From a virus (lineage: Duplodnaviria > Caudoviricetes), in the IMG/VR virus record IMGVR_UViG_2654587547_000001, positions 1 through 64,000 of that record: a stretch of DNA of 64,000 bases, one strand, 5' to 3'. The position numbers and the translations under genes are program-made. Below, piece after piece: positions 27,239 through 37,663 of the stretch. Every line of letters starts with the position of its first letter. The stretch's first letter is position 1. The notes beneath the pieces were generated by a model. The model was not told where the DNA came from, did no database searches, and saw only the letters and a list, made by a program, of their open reading frames with translations.

Positions 27239-27666
27239 GAATCGATATCGAAAAGCTTCGACCTGACCATATCCGGGATATTCAGTTGCAGGATCCGCAG
27301 TCGTTCCTGCAATCGGCGCTCACCCCTGAATATGCCGCAGAACTCTGCGCGCAGACCGGTGTAGCGTGGGCGGCAGTGGCTGACGGGCGCACGATTGCGT
27401 GTGCTGGGCTGCTGGAAATGTGGCCTGGCCGCGCGCAGGGGTGGGCGCTTTTCTCGCCGGCAGCGTTGGGCAATTTCGTGGGCATTCACCGTATGGCCAA
27501 ACGGGTGTTGTGTGATTGTGCTTGGCAGCGCGTCGAGGTGATGGTGGATGCTAACCACGCGGCTGGTGTGCGCTGGGCCGAGCGTCTGGGTTTCACGCTT
27601 GAAGGGCGCATGCGCAAATACACCTCAGATGGCCGTGACTGCCTGATTTACGCGAGGGTCGAATAA
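27235..27666 (+). CDS. GNAT-fold protein of the tail region
   Basis: RWAERLGFTLEGRMRKY. Confidence 0.75.
   Translation: MRIDIEKLRPDHIRDIQLQDPQSFLQSALTPEYAAELCAQTGVAWAAVADGRTIACAGLLEMWPGRAQGWALFSPAALGNFVGIHRMAKRVLCDCAWQRVEVMVDANHAAGVRWAERLGFTLEGRMRKYTSDGRDCLIYARVE
27333..27367 (+). promoter_or_regulatory. Late promoter motif, copy 3 (degenerate; before ejection genes)
   Basis: TGCCGCAGAACTCTGC-N13-TAGCGT (12/16 match). Confidence 0.55.
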
Positions 27667-28658
27667 TGAACGCTGCTGGATTTGGTGCTATCGCCCAGGT
27701 TGGCGGGACTCTGGTTAACGGGATGGCTGGTAGTGCATCGGCCGCCAGCCAGCAAGATGCGCTCGCCTATAACGAGACGATGGCCCGTTATAACGCGCAG
27801 CAAGCCCGGGATGCTGCATTGCAGGACGAACTTAGCTCGCGTCGGCAAGCATCGCAGATTAAGGGCCAACAGCGGGCGGCGATTGCGGAGTCCGGAGTTG
27901 ACCCTAATGCCGGCAGCGCTCTCGAAGTGCAAATGGATAGTGCAAGAAATGCCGAGTTGGCGGCTTTGCAGCAGCGCTACCAAGGCACTCTGCGCGGCTA
28001 CGCCTTGGACAGCCAGGCATCTCAATTTGCGTGGGAACGCGAGGCGGTAGGTGGCTCGCGTCGATCCGGTCTCTTGGGGACCGGCCTGAGTATGGCGAGC
28101 CAACTTCTATCAAGCGCCGGCAACGGCTCCTTCGGTGGGATGGGGGGTGGCGGTGGCTTGGGTGGAATCCTGGGCGGCGGGTCATCTGCGGCGGGAGGTG
28201 CTGGCGCCGCAGGGGTAACGGCATCCTCTGCATTCACGTCGGCGGGCGCGGCAACATCTGGAGTTGGCGCCGGCGGCAGCCTTGGGACATTCGCTGGCGG
28301 GGCGTCAAGCGCTGCGGGAGGCGCTTCGGGCGCAGCCGGCGGCGCAGGCGGTTTAGGTTCGCTCGGGTCGTTGGGTCCGTGGGGCGCTCTTGCCGCTGTG
28401 ATCGTAGGAAATGAGAGTTACGCAAAGAGCAACGGCTACCGGCGCGAAGGGACCGATTACTACAAAGACTTGGCAACCGGCAGGGTCTTGAGCCAAGACG
28501 TAGACAACCGCTGGTCCCCGATGCTGTTTGGTAAGAGCGATCGATTCGGACTCGGAAAGGATATGTCTTTCGCTGCCGATCTTGGGTCGTTCCAGTTCGG
28601 GAAAGCCTGGAAGGATCTGCGCCAAGGCTCGCTCGGAAAATTGTTCAAGCTTTTCTAG
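27666..28658 (+). CDS. Internal virion / ejection protein, Gly-rich
   Basis: GQQRAAIAESGVD; position after the nozzle gene. Confidence 0.8.
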   Translation: MNAAGFGAIAQVGGTLVNGMAGSASAASQQDALAYNETMARYNAQQARDAALQDELSSRRQASQIKGQQRAAIAESGVDPNAGSALEVQMDSARNAELAALQQRYQGTLRGYALDSQASQFAWEREAVGGSRRSGLLGTGLSMASQLLSSAGNGSFGGMGGGGGLGGILGGGSSAAGGAGAAGVTASSAFTSAGAATSGVGAGGSLGTFAGGASSAAGGASGAAGGAGGLGSLGSLGPWGALAAVIVGNESYAKSNGYRREGTDYYKDLATGRVLSQDVDNRWSPMLFGKSDRFGLGKDMSFAADLGSFQFGKAWKDLRQGSLGKLFKLF

Positions 28659-28665
28659 GACGTCA

Positions 28666-30792
28666 ATGGCAACGCGTATTCCTATCCCCACAATCGGGCC
28701 GGCAGGTGGAAGTGTTCCTACCGGCGGTGGTCCGTACCTATCCGGCGGCGTTCCCGTAAGCAATGCGGTAGGCGCGGGTCTTCAAGACCTGGGCGCGGCC
28801 ATCACTGGTATTGCGCAGGAAGATGCGCGGGCGTGGGCATCCAAGGCCGCGAGCGACGACCAACTGAAGTGGATGCAGAAGCTGGAGGAAATGAAGGGCC
28901 AGGCGGGGCCTGGTGCGCCAGACTTTTCACAGGGTGTTCTGACGTCGTTTGACGACTACGCGAACCAGGCGCGCGCTGCCGCGCCGGCGTATGCCAAGCG
29001 GTTCTACGACATGGAGTTGAATCGCCTGCGAGACTACGTGGGCCGAAACTCTCTCGGTTGGCAGGCCCAGCAGCACCGGGCCAACACGGTAGACCAGTAC
29101 CAATCTGGCCTACAGGCCGACGCAGTGTCCATCTCGCTGGACCCGACCCTGTACGACGAGAAGCGTGCCGCCCGCATGGCGATTCTGTCCGAGTCCAACT
29201 TGCCGCCCGATGTGCGCAACGACTTGCTGTCGCGCTCGGAAGCTGAGATGGCCACGGCCGCCGGAGCGGCCCGCATCGATCAGGATCCCAAGGGTGCGCT
29301 GAACGCTTTCGGCGCAGCTGCTACGGGAAAGATCGAGCCGGGTTACGAATGGATAGCACGTCTGAATGCGGATCGAGTACAGCAGCTTCGCACGCGCGCG
29401 CAAACGCAATCTGACCGCCAAGACAACCGGATGCGCATCGAACAGGACCGAGCGTTCGCGATGGGCGAACGTGCGCTCAAGGAGATGGACAACCAGCTCA
29501 CTAGCCCTTATCCGGCTCGACCGTCTGATGTGATGCGGTGGGGATCCATGGTCGCTGGATCGCCGTTTGAAAACTCCTACCGTGAGCGCGTCGAGGAATT
29601 GAACGCGTTCCAGGAGCTTATGCAGCGCCCAGTTGGCGAGCAGGTTGGATTCGTGGAGGGCGTGCGGCGCAAGTTGATGACCGAGGGCGGGACGCCTCAA
29701 GATGCTGCCCGCGCGGAGCGTTTGAGCGCGACGGTGCAGGCCAACATCAAGGCGCTGAGTACCGCACCCGTGGAATGGGCCGCGAATCGAACGGGCGAGA
29801 TGGTGCAGCCGCTGGCCTTGGATGCCATCGGTACAGAGGATGGTGCTGCGATCATTGGGGCGCAGGTACGGGCGCGCGCTGACGTGGTGCGCGGACTACA
29901 AGCTGCAAACCCGCCTGGAATGGTGCGCATGCATCCCTTGTTGCCGGGGGAGGCTGAGGGCCTATCTCGCGTCCTGTCTCAGGGATCGGCGCAGCAGAAG
30001 CGCCAGGTACTCAGCACGCTGTATCAGGCAGCCGGCGCAGACGACACGTACCGCGGCATGATGGATCAGCTCAAGGGCGTGTCTCCGTTTGCCGCCCGCA
30101 TGGGCGTGCTGGCCGCCAGCTACGACAGCGCCAAGACCACGAACAACTGGTTCAGCGAGGACACTGTGCAAGCGGCCGGCGACGTGGCAGCTATTGCGCT
30201 GCACGGCGACGAGATCTTGCGCAGCGGTGGCAAGGACAACGAGACCAAGTGGCCGGTGCCCAAAGAGCAGGAGTTCGTCGCGGCGTTCCAGGACCGCTTC
30301 CAGAACCTGTATCGCGGTGGCGGCCCCGGCGAGAGTGGCGCGCAGCAGTTCCAGCAGGATATGCAGGCGGTCAAAGCCTACTACGTGGGGCGCGCTGCGC
30401 AGGATGGTGACCTGTCGAGCGAGATCGACAGCAACCGCCTGGATCAGGCATTCCGCGCGGTAATGGGCGAGCCGGTCGACTTCCACGGTAACGGCCAGGT
30501 GCTGGCTCCGTGGGGGATGAACAAGGAAGATTTCCAGCGGCGCGCCAACAACGCGGTGCTGGAGCAGTTTCAACAGGCCGGCATCCAAGACAAGGTTGGC
30601 CGGTACATGGGCAACGTGGGGCTGATCGGTGTAGGTGGCGGTATGTACTTCGCCACGCTGGCGGGTCAGCCGGTTGCAGATGATCGTGGGCAGCCCATCA
30701 CCATCCTGCTTACACCTGATTCTGCGTCCGCGCGGGATAGCTACGGGCGCCTGCTGAGCCGTCAGATTCCCACGACGGAGGCCACGCAATGA
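28666..30792 (+). CDS. Internal virion / ejection protein
   Basis: 708-aa helical-looking protein in the ejection cluster. Confidence 0.8.
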   Translation: MATRIPIPTIGPAGGSVPTGGGPYLSGGVPVSNAVGAGLQDLGAAITGIAQEDARAWASKAASDDQLKWMQKLEEMKGQAGPGAPDFSQGVLTSFDDYANQARAAAPAYAKRFYDMELNRLRDYVGRNSLGWQAQQHRANTVDQYQSGLQADAVSISLDPTLYDEKRAARMAILSESNLPPDVRNDLLSRSEAEMATAAGAARIDQDPKGALNAFGAAATGKIEPGYEWIARLNADRVQQLRTRAQTQSDRQDNRMRIEQDRAFAMGERALKEMDNQLTSPYPARPSDVMRWGSMVAGSPFENSYRERVEELNAFQELMQRPVGEQVGFVEGVRRKLMTEGGTPQDAARAERLSATVQANIKALSTAPVEWAANRTGEMVQPLALDAIGTEDGAAIIGAQVRARADVVRGLQAANPPGMVRMHPLLPGEAEGLSRVLSQGSAQQKRQVLSTLYQAAGADDTYRGMMDQLKGVSPFAARMGVLAASYDSAKTTNNWFSEDTVQAAGDVAAIALHGDEILRSGGKDNETKWPVPKEQEFVAAFQDRFQNLYRGGGPGESGAQQFQQDMQAVKAYYVGRAAQDGDLSSEIDSNRLDQAFRAVMGEPVDFHGNGQVLAPWGMNKEDFQRRANNAVLEQFQQAGIQDKVGRYMGNVGLIGVGGGMYFATLAGQPVADDRGQPITILLTPDSASARDSYGRLLSRQIPTTEATQ

Positions 30793-33281
30793 CGCAGATC
30801 GATGAGCGCCGGGTTGCGGCTCTGGCTGCCGCATCCAAGCCTGTCGGGCAGATCGTCGGGGAGGCCGAACCTAGCGCTTTTGCTGGTGTGGCGTCCGAGG
30901 TTCCTCGCGGGGTAGCTCTCGGCTCGTACCGTGCAATTGGCGCCGTGGCGGATCTGGCCGCGTCCGCCTATCAGCCGTTGCTGACCGGATTGGAGCGGGC
31001 GACTGGCGTCGAGGCGATGAACCCGTTTTCTGAGGTCGCGCGCTCGGCGGACCAGTTCGCCCGGGTGTACATGCCCGACCCGCTCACTACTGGCATGGCT
31101 GGGCAGCTGGTCAACGGCGTGGCGAGCGTCATTACCCAGGTGGGCTTGGGTGCGGGTGCGGCGCTGGCGTCCGGCGGCACAGGCATTGGTGCCATGTGGG
31201 CCGGGTCGGCTACCGCTGGTGGCGCGACGGGCCGCGGCACCTACCAGGAAATGACCGAGCGAGGCGTTGATGCAAATACCGCACTGAATGCCGCATTCGT
31301 AGATGCGGTGGCCACAGGCGGCGGTGCGCTGCTACCTGGCGCCATTGGCTACGCCGGCGCGGCCGCACCTTTCGCCGCGGCGGGCGTCGGCGTCGGGCGT
31401 GCCGGATTCGTCGGCCTGAATGCGGCCTATGGCGCGGCCAGCAACATGGCGCTTGGGATTGCGCAGCGCGGGTCTATCCATAACCTCCTGAAGGCGGGCG
31501 GTTACGACACCATGGCAGAGCAGTACAAGCCCATGGACGCTGCAGCGTTGGCCGCCGAGGGCATTCTTGGTGGGGTGTTCGCAGCGGGCGGCGCGGCTGC
31601 CGGGCTGTCATGGCGCGCGCAAGGTACGGTCGACGCAGCGCTTGCGGCGCGCGATTCGGCGCATGCCAACGTCGCCACGGCCCCAGGCATTCCCACGGAA
31701 CCGGGCGATGCAACGGCGCACCGATCCGCTATGGATAGCGCGGTTACGGCGCTCGCCCAGGGGCGAGAAGTGGACATGCGCGGCACCGGGGTGGACGCCG
31801 CGGCTTTCCTCCCGCGCGCCAGTGACCCGACTCCAGCGCGCATGGCACTAGGCTATTACGCCGACGAACTGCCCGCGTCACAGCGCTACTTCCCTTCCCG
31901 GCAGTTGACCGGCGTTGCCGTTGAGCAGCGTCGAACCTTGCGCTATGACGCCGCCGAACTCAATGAGTACGCGGCGCACATCGAACAAGAATACGAGCTG
32001 CCTGCGGGGCTGATCAACGCGCTCAAGAATGCCGGCGAGCGCAGCAACAGCAACCAGACAAGCCCGGCCGGCGCGCGCGGCGTAATGCAGTTCATGCCGG
32101 AGAACCTGCGCAAGTATGGGGTGACGGACGCCACGGACCCAGTGCAGATGATCGACGCGGCGGGGCGCTATCTGCGCGACACCATGCGTCAGTACGGCGG
32201 GAACGTCGATGCCATGATTGCCGACTACAACGGCGGCCCGCGACAAGCGCGCGAGGTGCTTGCCGGGCGCCAGCCCAAGGCGAAGGAGACGCGGGATTAT
32301 CTCGCGCGCGTGCGGGAATGGATGGGCCGCGATTCGTTCTCAGAACGGGGCCAGCCCACGGAAACGCTACCGCGCTTCCCGGCAGAGCAAGCGCGCGCCG
32401 CGGCGGCTATTGATCAGGAAGTGATCCGCCTGGAGGGAGCGCGCGCCGAGATGCTGGCGACTGGAGCCAACGAGGCTGAGCTAGGGCAAGTCGCGCGGAT
32501 GCGGGATGAGCTGGCCGAGGTAACGCAGATGCGCCAGGGCATGGGCGAAGAACCCGCCATCCGGGCGCGCGCCAAGGAGATCCAGGGTTCAGAATCCCGG
32601 GTCAGTTACAAACAGGCCCTATCGCGCGCCCGCAAGCAGATCAGCCAGGAAGTTGGCGACGTTGATGCGCGCATCCAGCGGCTTGAGGCATCGCTTGAGC
32701 AGAACCGAGACGCGGCACAGGCGCTGCAACGGCTGGGCGAGATCGATGCGCGGCTTGCTGACCTGCGGGAAACCCGCGCGGCGATTGACGCGCCAGCAGC
32801 CGCACGCACGCCTATCTCGGCAGCGATCGAGGATGTTACGACGGCTCCAGCCCGTTCCGCCGAGGTGCAGCCCATAGTGACGGCTGGGGGTCAGGCCGAA
32901 AGCGCGCCTGTGCGCCTGCCGGGGGAGTCCGCGGACGTGCAACCGGCTGGGGTGCCGCGCGCGAATGCCGCAGCAGCTGGGGTCGCGCCAGTTCGCCAGG
33001 GACCAGCGGTAGAGCCTGCTCAGCCCAGCGCCATGCGTGCTGAACCGACCGCTCAAGATGGTGGTCGGGCTTCCGGCGGACAGACCGATATCGAAACCCA
33101 AGCGGGTTTGGCGCTGCTGGACGAGCAGGGTGATATCCGCGTGCTGGTCGAAGATGAAAACGGCGGCACCCGAGAGGTGTCGTTGCGCGAGGAACTTCGG
33201 GCCGCCGAGGCTGAACTGGAATACGGCACGCCCGAGGCGTTGAATGCCGCGGTGATGTGCGCACTGATGAGGGGGGGGTAA
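30789..33281 (+). CDS. Ejection protein with a lytic transglycosylase (SLT) domain
   Basis: GERS...SPAGARGVMQFMP...IADYNGGP. Confidence 0.88.
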   Translation: MTQIDERRVAALAAASKPVGQIVGEAEPSAFAGVASEVPRGVALGSYRAIGAVADLAASAYQPLLTGLERATGVEAMNPFSEVARSADQFARVYMPDPLTTGMAGQLVNGVASVITQVGLGAGAALASGGTGIGAMWAGSATAGGATGRGTYQEMTERGVDANTALNAAFVDAVATGGGALLPGAIGYAGAAAPFAAAGVGVGRAGFVGLNAAYGAASNMALGIAQRGSIHNLLKAGGYDTMAEQYKPMDAAALAAEGILGGVFAAGGAAAGLSWRAQGTVDAALAARDSAHANVATAPGIPTEPGDATAHRSAMDSAVTALAQGREVDMRGTGVDAAAFLPRASDPTPARMALGYYADELPASQRYFPSRQLTGVAVEQRRTLRYDAAELNEYAAHIEQEYELPAGLINALKNAGERSNSNQTSPAGARGVMQFMPENLRKYGVTDATDPVQMIDAAGRYLRDTMRQYGGNVDAMIADYNGGPRQAREVLAGRQPKAKETRDYLARVREWMGRDSFSERGQPTETLPRFPAEQARAAAAIDQEVIRLEGARAEMLATGANEAELGQVARMRDELAEVTQMRQGMGEEPAIRARAKEIQGSESRVSYKQALSRARKQISQEVGDVDARIQRLEASLEQNRDAAQALQRLGEIDARLADLRETRAAIDAPAAARTPISAAIEDVTTAPARSAEVQPIVTAGGQAESAPVRLPGESADVQPAGVPRANAAAAGVAPVRQGPAVEPAQPSAMRAEPTAQDGGRASGGQTDIETQAGLALLDEQGDIRVLVEDENGGTREVSLREELRAAEAELEYGTPEALNAAVMCALMRGG

Positions 33282-35860
33282 TGCGCCAGGAATGTATTGA
33301 AGCGGTATCGCGTGCGCTTGGCGGACGGTCGCTTACTCAGGCGGAAGTCACTAACATTGAGAACCGCATTGCCATGGCCATGCGAAAGATGGCTGCAGAA
33401 GACATTACGGCCTGGCGCGGCATGAGCGAGGCTGATCGGATGGTGACCGCCGCAGATCGCGCCGCCCGGGATATCGCAGCCGACGCCGCGCTTAAGCGAC
33501 GGCGCGTGGCGCTCACTGCCCTACGCCATGACGCCATAAAGAATTACCTCGAGCGTCCTGGGCAAAAGGATCCGCTTGAGGCGCTTTCTCGCTCGCTCAT
33601 GTTCTATTCGGACGGTAAGAGCGGCACGCTCTCAGTTGAGAGCATCGCGCAGGGCATTCGCAATGAAGCCATGGGGCAGATGTTGGACGTGTTCGACAGT
33701 GTGAAGGGTGGAATGCTCGGCCTGATCACGGACGAGACGAAGGTGCTTAACATGGTGCGCGAGCTGCGCGGTCAGCAGACGGGCGACGCCGACGCGGCCA
33801 AGGCGGCGCGCGCGTATGGCGAGGTGTCGGAGCGGCTGCGAGACAGGTTCAACCGTGCCGGCGGCAACATCGGCCGGCTGGAAAATTGGGGTTTCCCCCA
33901 GGCGCACAGCCAGCGACTGGTTGCCACGGGCGGTGGCGACATGAAGGGCGCAGAGGCCCGGGCGGCGTGGGTTGAGGACGCCATGGGCGGCCTGGACCGT
34001 GGGCAGTATGTGAACGAGGACGGCTCGCTCATGAACGACACTCAGGTGCGCGAGTTGCTGGGTGCGGCCTGGGAGACGCTGGCTACGAACGGAGCCAACA
34101 AGATCGAGCCGGGGCGCGGCGGTCCTGCCAGCGGCATGGTGGCAAACCACGGCAGCGCCGAGCGGATCTTGCATTTCAAGGACGCCGAGAGCTGGATTGC
34201 CTACGCGCAAAAGTACAGTGATACGTCGATTCTGGAAACGATGCTGCGCCACGTCGACGGAATGGCACGGGATATCTCGTTGACGGAGACGTTCGGTCCG
34301 AACCCACACCTTCAGTTTCGTTTCTGGCGGGAGTGGGGCGTGAAGGAGATGAGCCTGCGCAACCCTGAGAACGCCGAGAAGATCACGGCACGCGCGCGAT
34401 GGCTGGACACCGTGTACCAGAACACGGCCGGCACGAAGGAGCCGCCCGTGAATGCCGCGTTCGCTGAGGGTATGGACACGTACCGCGCGCTGAACACCGC
34501 CGCCCGCCTTGGGTCGGCTGCTCTGACTGCTGCGGTGACTGACCCTGCGACCAACGCCATGACAGCCATCTATAACGGACTGCCGGTCATGCAGGTCATG
34601 ACCAACGAACTGCGCGCACTGAACCCGGCCAATGTGGCTGACCGACGCGCGGCGCTGCGCGCTGGCCTTGGCATCAACCAGTACCTCGGCGCCATGAACC
34701 GCTGGGGCATAGATGGCATGGCTCGCGACTCCCAGGTGTCTGGGAGGATGGCACGCTATGCTACGGGTGCGGCGAGCGCGGTCATGAAGTTTTCCGGCAT
34801 GAATGCGGTGACGCGTGCCGGCCAGCAGGCTTTTGGCTCCGTGCTGCTGGATACGCTGGGCGACATGACGCGCGCCGCCGGCGGTCTGGACGCAGCCCCG
34901 AACGCGCGCCTGGCGCAGCGGCTAAAACAGTCCGGGATCACCGATGATGTTTACGGCGTGTGGAAGTTGGCACAGCCCGAGGACTGGCGCGGCATGGGAG
35001 ATACGGTACTCACGCCAGAGAGCATCTACCGGATCGCGGATGCCGATCTCGCTGGCGCGGCGGAGGCTGCGCAAACGACCCCGCAGCGTCTTCGCGAACA
35101 AGCGGCTACCCAGCTCGCCGCATTCCTGGACAGCGAAACCAACATGGCCATCATCGAGCCTGGCGTGCGCGAACGGTCGTTCATGTACCGGGGCACGCGC
35201 CGAGGCACGCTCGGCGGCGAGTTGCTGCGCGGCGCGCTGCAATTCAAGGCATTCCCGATTGCTATCCTCATGCGTCACGGTTATCGGGCTATGTCGACTC
35301 CCGGAGGGTGGGGCAAAGGCGCTTACATCGCAGGCTTGATGGGCCTAACAACGGTATTGGGCGGCATTGCGTTGCAGCTTGGCGAGGTCGTATCAGGTCG
35401 GGATCCGCAAAACATGGAACCCTTCACCAACAATTTCTGGACGCGCAGCCTGTTGAAGGGCGGCGGTCTCGGCATCTTTGGTGATCTGATGTTCCAGGAT
35501 TACACCCGCTACGGCACGTCGATAGGCGGCCTGATGGGCGGCCCGCTCGGCGGCGATGTGGAAGACATGGCAAAGCTTGTCCTTGGCAACGTCCAACGTG
35601 GCGCCGAGGGTAAGGAGACGGATGTGGGCGCTCGCGCCGTGCGCATGCTGAAAGGCAAGATCCCGTTCGCCAACCTCTGGTACACAAAAGCGGCGACGGA
35701 TCGCATGATCTTCAACCAGTTGCAGGAGTTGGTATCGCCAGGCTACCTGCGCCGGATGGAGGATCGCGCGCGCAAGGAATTTGGGCAGCAGTATTACTGG
35801 CGCCCGGGTGAGGCCACGCCACGGCGCGGCCCCGACCTGGAGCGTGCGCTGCCTCAGTAG
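33281..35860 (+). CDS. Large internal virion / ejection protein
   Basis: MRQECIEAVSRALGG...PFANLWYTKAA...PGYLRR. Confidence 0.85.
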   Translation: MRQECIEAVSRALGGRSLTQAEVTNIENRIAMAMRKMAAEDITAWRGMSEADRMVTAADRAARDIAADAALKRRRVALTALRHDAIKNYLERPGQKDPLEALSRSLMFYSDGKSGTLSVESIAQGIRNEAMGQMLDVFDSVKGGMLGLITDETKVLNMVRELRGQQTGDADAAKAARAYGEVSERLRDRFNRAGGNIGRLENWGFPQAHSQRLVATGGGDMKGAEARAAWVEDAMGGLDRGQYVNEDGSLMNDTQVRELLGAAWETLATNGANKIEPGRGGPASGMVANHGSAERILHFKDAESWIAYAQKYSDTSILETMLRHVDGMARDISLTETFGPNPHLQFRFWREWGVKEMSLRNPENAEKITARARWLDTVYQNTAGTKEPPVNAAFAEGMDTYRALNTAARLGSAALTAAVTDPATNAMTAIYNGLPVMQVMTNELRALNPANVADRRAALRAGLGINQYLGAMNRWGIDGMARDSQVSGRMARYATGAASAVMKFSGMNAVTRAGQQAFGSVLLDTLGDMTRAAGGLDAAPNARLAQRLKQSGITDDVYGVWKLAQPEDWRGMGDTVLTPESIYRIADADLAGAAEAAQTTPQRLREQAATQLAAFLDSETNMAIIEPGVRERSFMYRGTRRGTLGGELLRGALQFKAFPIAILMRHGYRAMSTPGGWGKGAYIAGLMGLTTVLGGIALQLGEVVSGRDPQNMEPFTNNFWTRSLLKGGGLGIFGDLMFQDYTRYGTSIGGLMGGPLGGDVEDMAKLVLGNVQRGAEGKETDVGARAVRMLKGKIPFANLWYTKAATDRMIFNQLQELVSPGYLRRMEDRARKEFGQQYYWRPGEATPRRGPDLERALPQ

Positions 35861-35882
35861 GGCGCCGGGCAGCGCGGGAAGG

Positions 35883-37532
35883 TCACCGATGCGCGGTCTG
35901 GACCGTGGGGTTGCCGAGCCAGATTTTGCTGGTGGCCCCCACCGTCGTCTTGAAGTCGAGGCGCACGAACTTACCCGCATTCAAGTCGAGATCCCCGCCA
36001 TGGGCCGGGATTGTGCCGGCTGGGGTCCAAGTCAGGAGGTCATCGCTGTAGGAAGCCTTGAAGTCGCCTTTGCCGTCTTGGGCAGCATCGATGTACAGCT
36101 TTGCCTCGGCAAACTCGCGGGGGAGAATGATCCAACCGTCGCACCGAGGCGCCACCGGGGAGCCGCCCGCGAAGCCGAGGACGGGGTGCGGAATGATACG
36201 GCGGAAGGTGGCGTTGCATTCGTTCATGACCGCGCCGTAATGCGGCACATCGCGCAGGATCATCATCATCTTGATCGCCAATACATCCTTTCCGCTCGTG
36301 TCCTCGAACGTGGCAATCACCTTGTCCGCTTCAATCGGTTGCGGGAACATGATGTCGAGGTGGCGCAATTGGTTGTTCGTGATGATCTTTTCAGCCACCT
36401 TTGTGCCGTTTTTCCAGGCCGTCACGCTGAAATTGACCGGACGTTCGATCATTAGATTGGCATCGATAGCCACGCCCTTCACGCGGTCGGCCGCTGGCAT
36501 GTTAATGATTAAGTCGGCGGGGAAGGTGCCGGTGGACCAATAGTGATCACCGTAGAGCGCTTTCACACCTTCCGGACCATGCGCAACGGGGTCAATTGAG
36601 TTGCTGGCTGAGTACTTGTCTTGGTTCGCATCGTAGGCGTGGAACCGCATAGCCCATTCCAAGAACGTCGGATCCTTGAACTCCTCGTACATCCAGATCA
36701 ACTGACCGACGTGGTGCGCGTTGTACTCCAGTCGGGGCGCGATTGGGCGCTCGGTGCTGGGCATCTTCAGCGAGTAGTAGGATGAAAATCCAGCGTCGAA
36801 GAGGTGTACGTCGCGCTTCACTGCGGCCACCGTTTTGGCGATCAGGGCCTTCCATTTCTGCTCACGTGTGACCGCGTAGTAATCCATGATGCCGGCCAGG
36901 CCCGTCACATGGCCGTTCAGCACCTTGAAGCTGTTGCCCTTGGGATCGGCCATTTCTTCTATCCAGGCCACATCACCATCGAAGGTCATGACGCCGCCCT
37001 CAGAAATAGGGTGTTCATAGGCTGCCATGGCCTTCTTGGCGGCATCCTGGTACTTCTGCTCGCCCGTCATTGCGTGCGCGCGAACCAGGACGCCGGCCAT
37101 GCGAGACTGGCCAATGCCGGACACCCAACCCGGATCCAGTTGGAAATTCGGATCGGAAAAGGGGTATTCCCAAACCAGCATTTCACCGCGCGCCTTGCCT
37201 TCCTGGATCATCCAGTCAGCGACGCGGAGAAATTTCTTGCGCAGTTTCTCGTCCTTGCACTGCGTATCCAGATAGTCGCGGTAGAGCGCTAGAGCATAGT
37301 TGGTGTTGAAGTACGGATCAGCCCACTTGCCAAGATTGTTAAAGGCCTTGCCGTAATCGAAAAGCACAATCCCATCTTCGCGCAGGCTGAAGCCGTTGGT
37401 GGTCGCGTAAGTTTCACCGCTGATGAACAGCGTGCGTTGAGCAGGCGGGATAGCCGGGCACTCGGCCGAGACGGCTGCTGCGCAGGCAGAACCAAGCGCG
37501 AGCGCGAAAATGTACTTGCCAATGAAACGCAC
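35883..37532 (-). CDS. Secreted D-glucuronyl C5-epimerase family protein with a C-terminal beta-sandwich (discoidin/CBM-like)
   Basis: Signal peptide; WVSGIGQ, WIEEM, VLNGH, FDAG..SYYSL and EYNAHHVGQL align with GLCE C5-epim_C motifs; GTG start after GGAG (TTG 37544 is an alternative). Confidence 0.85.
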   Translation of the reverse strand: MRFIGKYIFALALGSACAAAVSAECPAIPPAQRTLFISGETYATTNGFSLREDGIVLFDYGKAFNNLGKWADPYFNTNYALALYRDYLDTQCKDEKLRKKFLRVADWMIQEGKARGEMLVWEYPFSDPNFQLDPGWVSGIGQSRMAGVLVRAHAMTGEQKYQDAAKKAMAAYEHPISEGGVMTFDGDVAWIEEMADPKGNSFKVLNGHVTGLAGIMDYYAVTREQKWKALIAKTVAAVKRDVHLFDAGFSSYYSLKMPSTERPIAPRLEYNAHHVGQLIWMYEEFKDPTFLEWAMRFHAYDANQDKYSASNSIDPVAHGPEGVKALYGDHYWSTGTFPADLIINMPAADRVKGVAIDANLMIERPVNFSVTAWKNGTKVAEKIITNNQLRHLDIMFPQPIEADKVIATFEDTSGKDVLAIKMMMILRDVPHYGAVMNECNATFRRIIPHPVLGFAGGSPVAPRCDGWIILPREFAEAKLYIDAAQDGKGDFKASYSDDLLTWTPAGTIPAHGGDLDLNAGKFVRLDFKTTVGATSKIWLGNPTVQTAHR

Positions 37533-37599
37533 GATTGTCTCCAATTATTACTATGTACGGGCGCGAGTTTATCACCCTGACCTCTTGCTGAATGCTAGG

Positions 37600-37634
37600 A
37601 AACGCAGAACTCTACAGGCAGGTCGCAACATCCT
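37600..37634 (+). promoter_or_regulatory. Late promoter motif, copy 4 (before tailspike)
   Basis: AAACGCAGAACTCTAC-N13-CATCCT. Confidence 0.75.
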
Positions 37635-37663
37635 GTAGCGCAGTTCCTCAAAGGCCCTGCGCT

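Noticed and set aside
28120-28390. Low-complexity GGC-rich stretch as a repeat element
   Set aside because: It is explained by the Gly/Ala-rich segment of the ejection protein.
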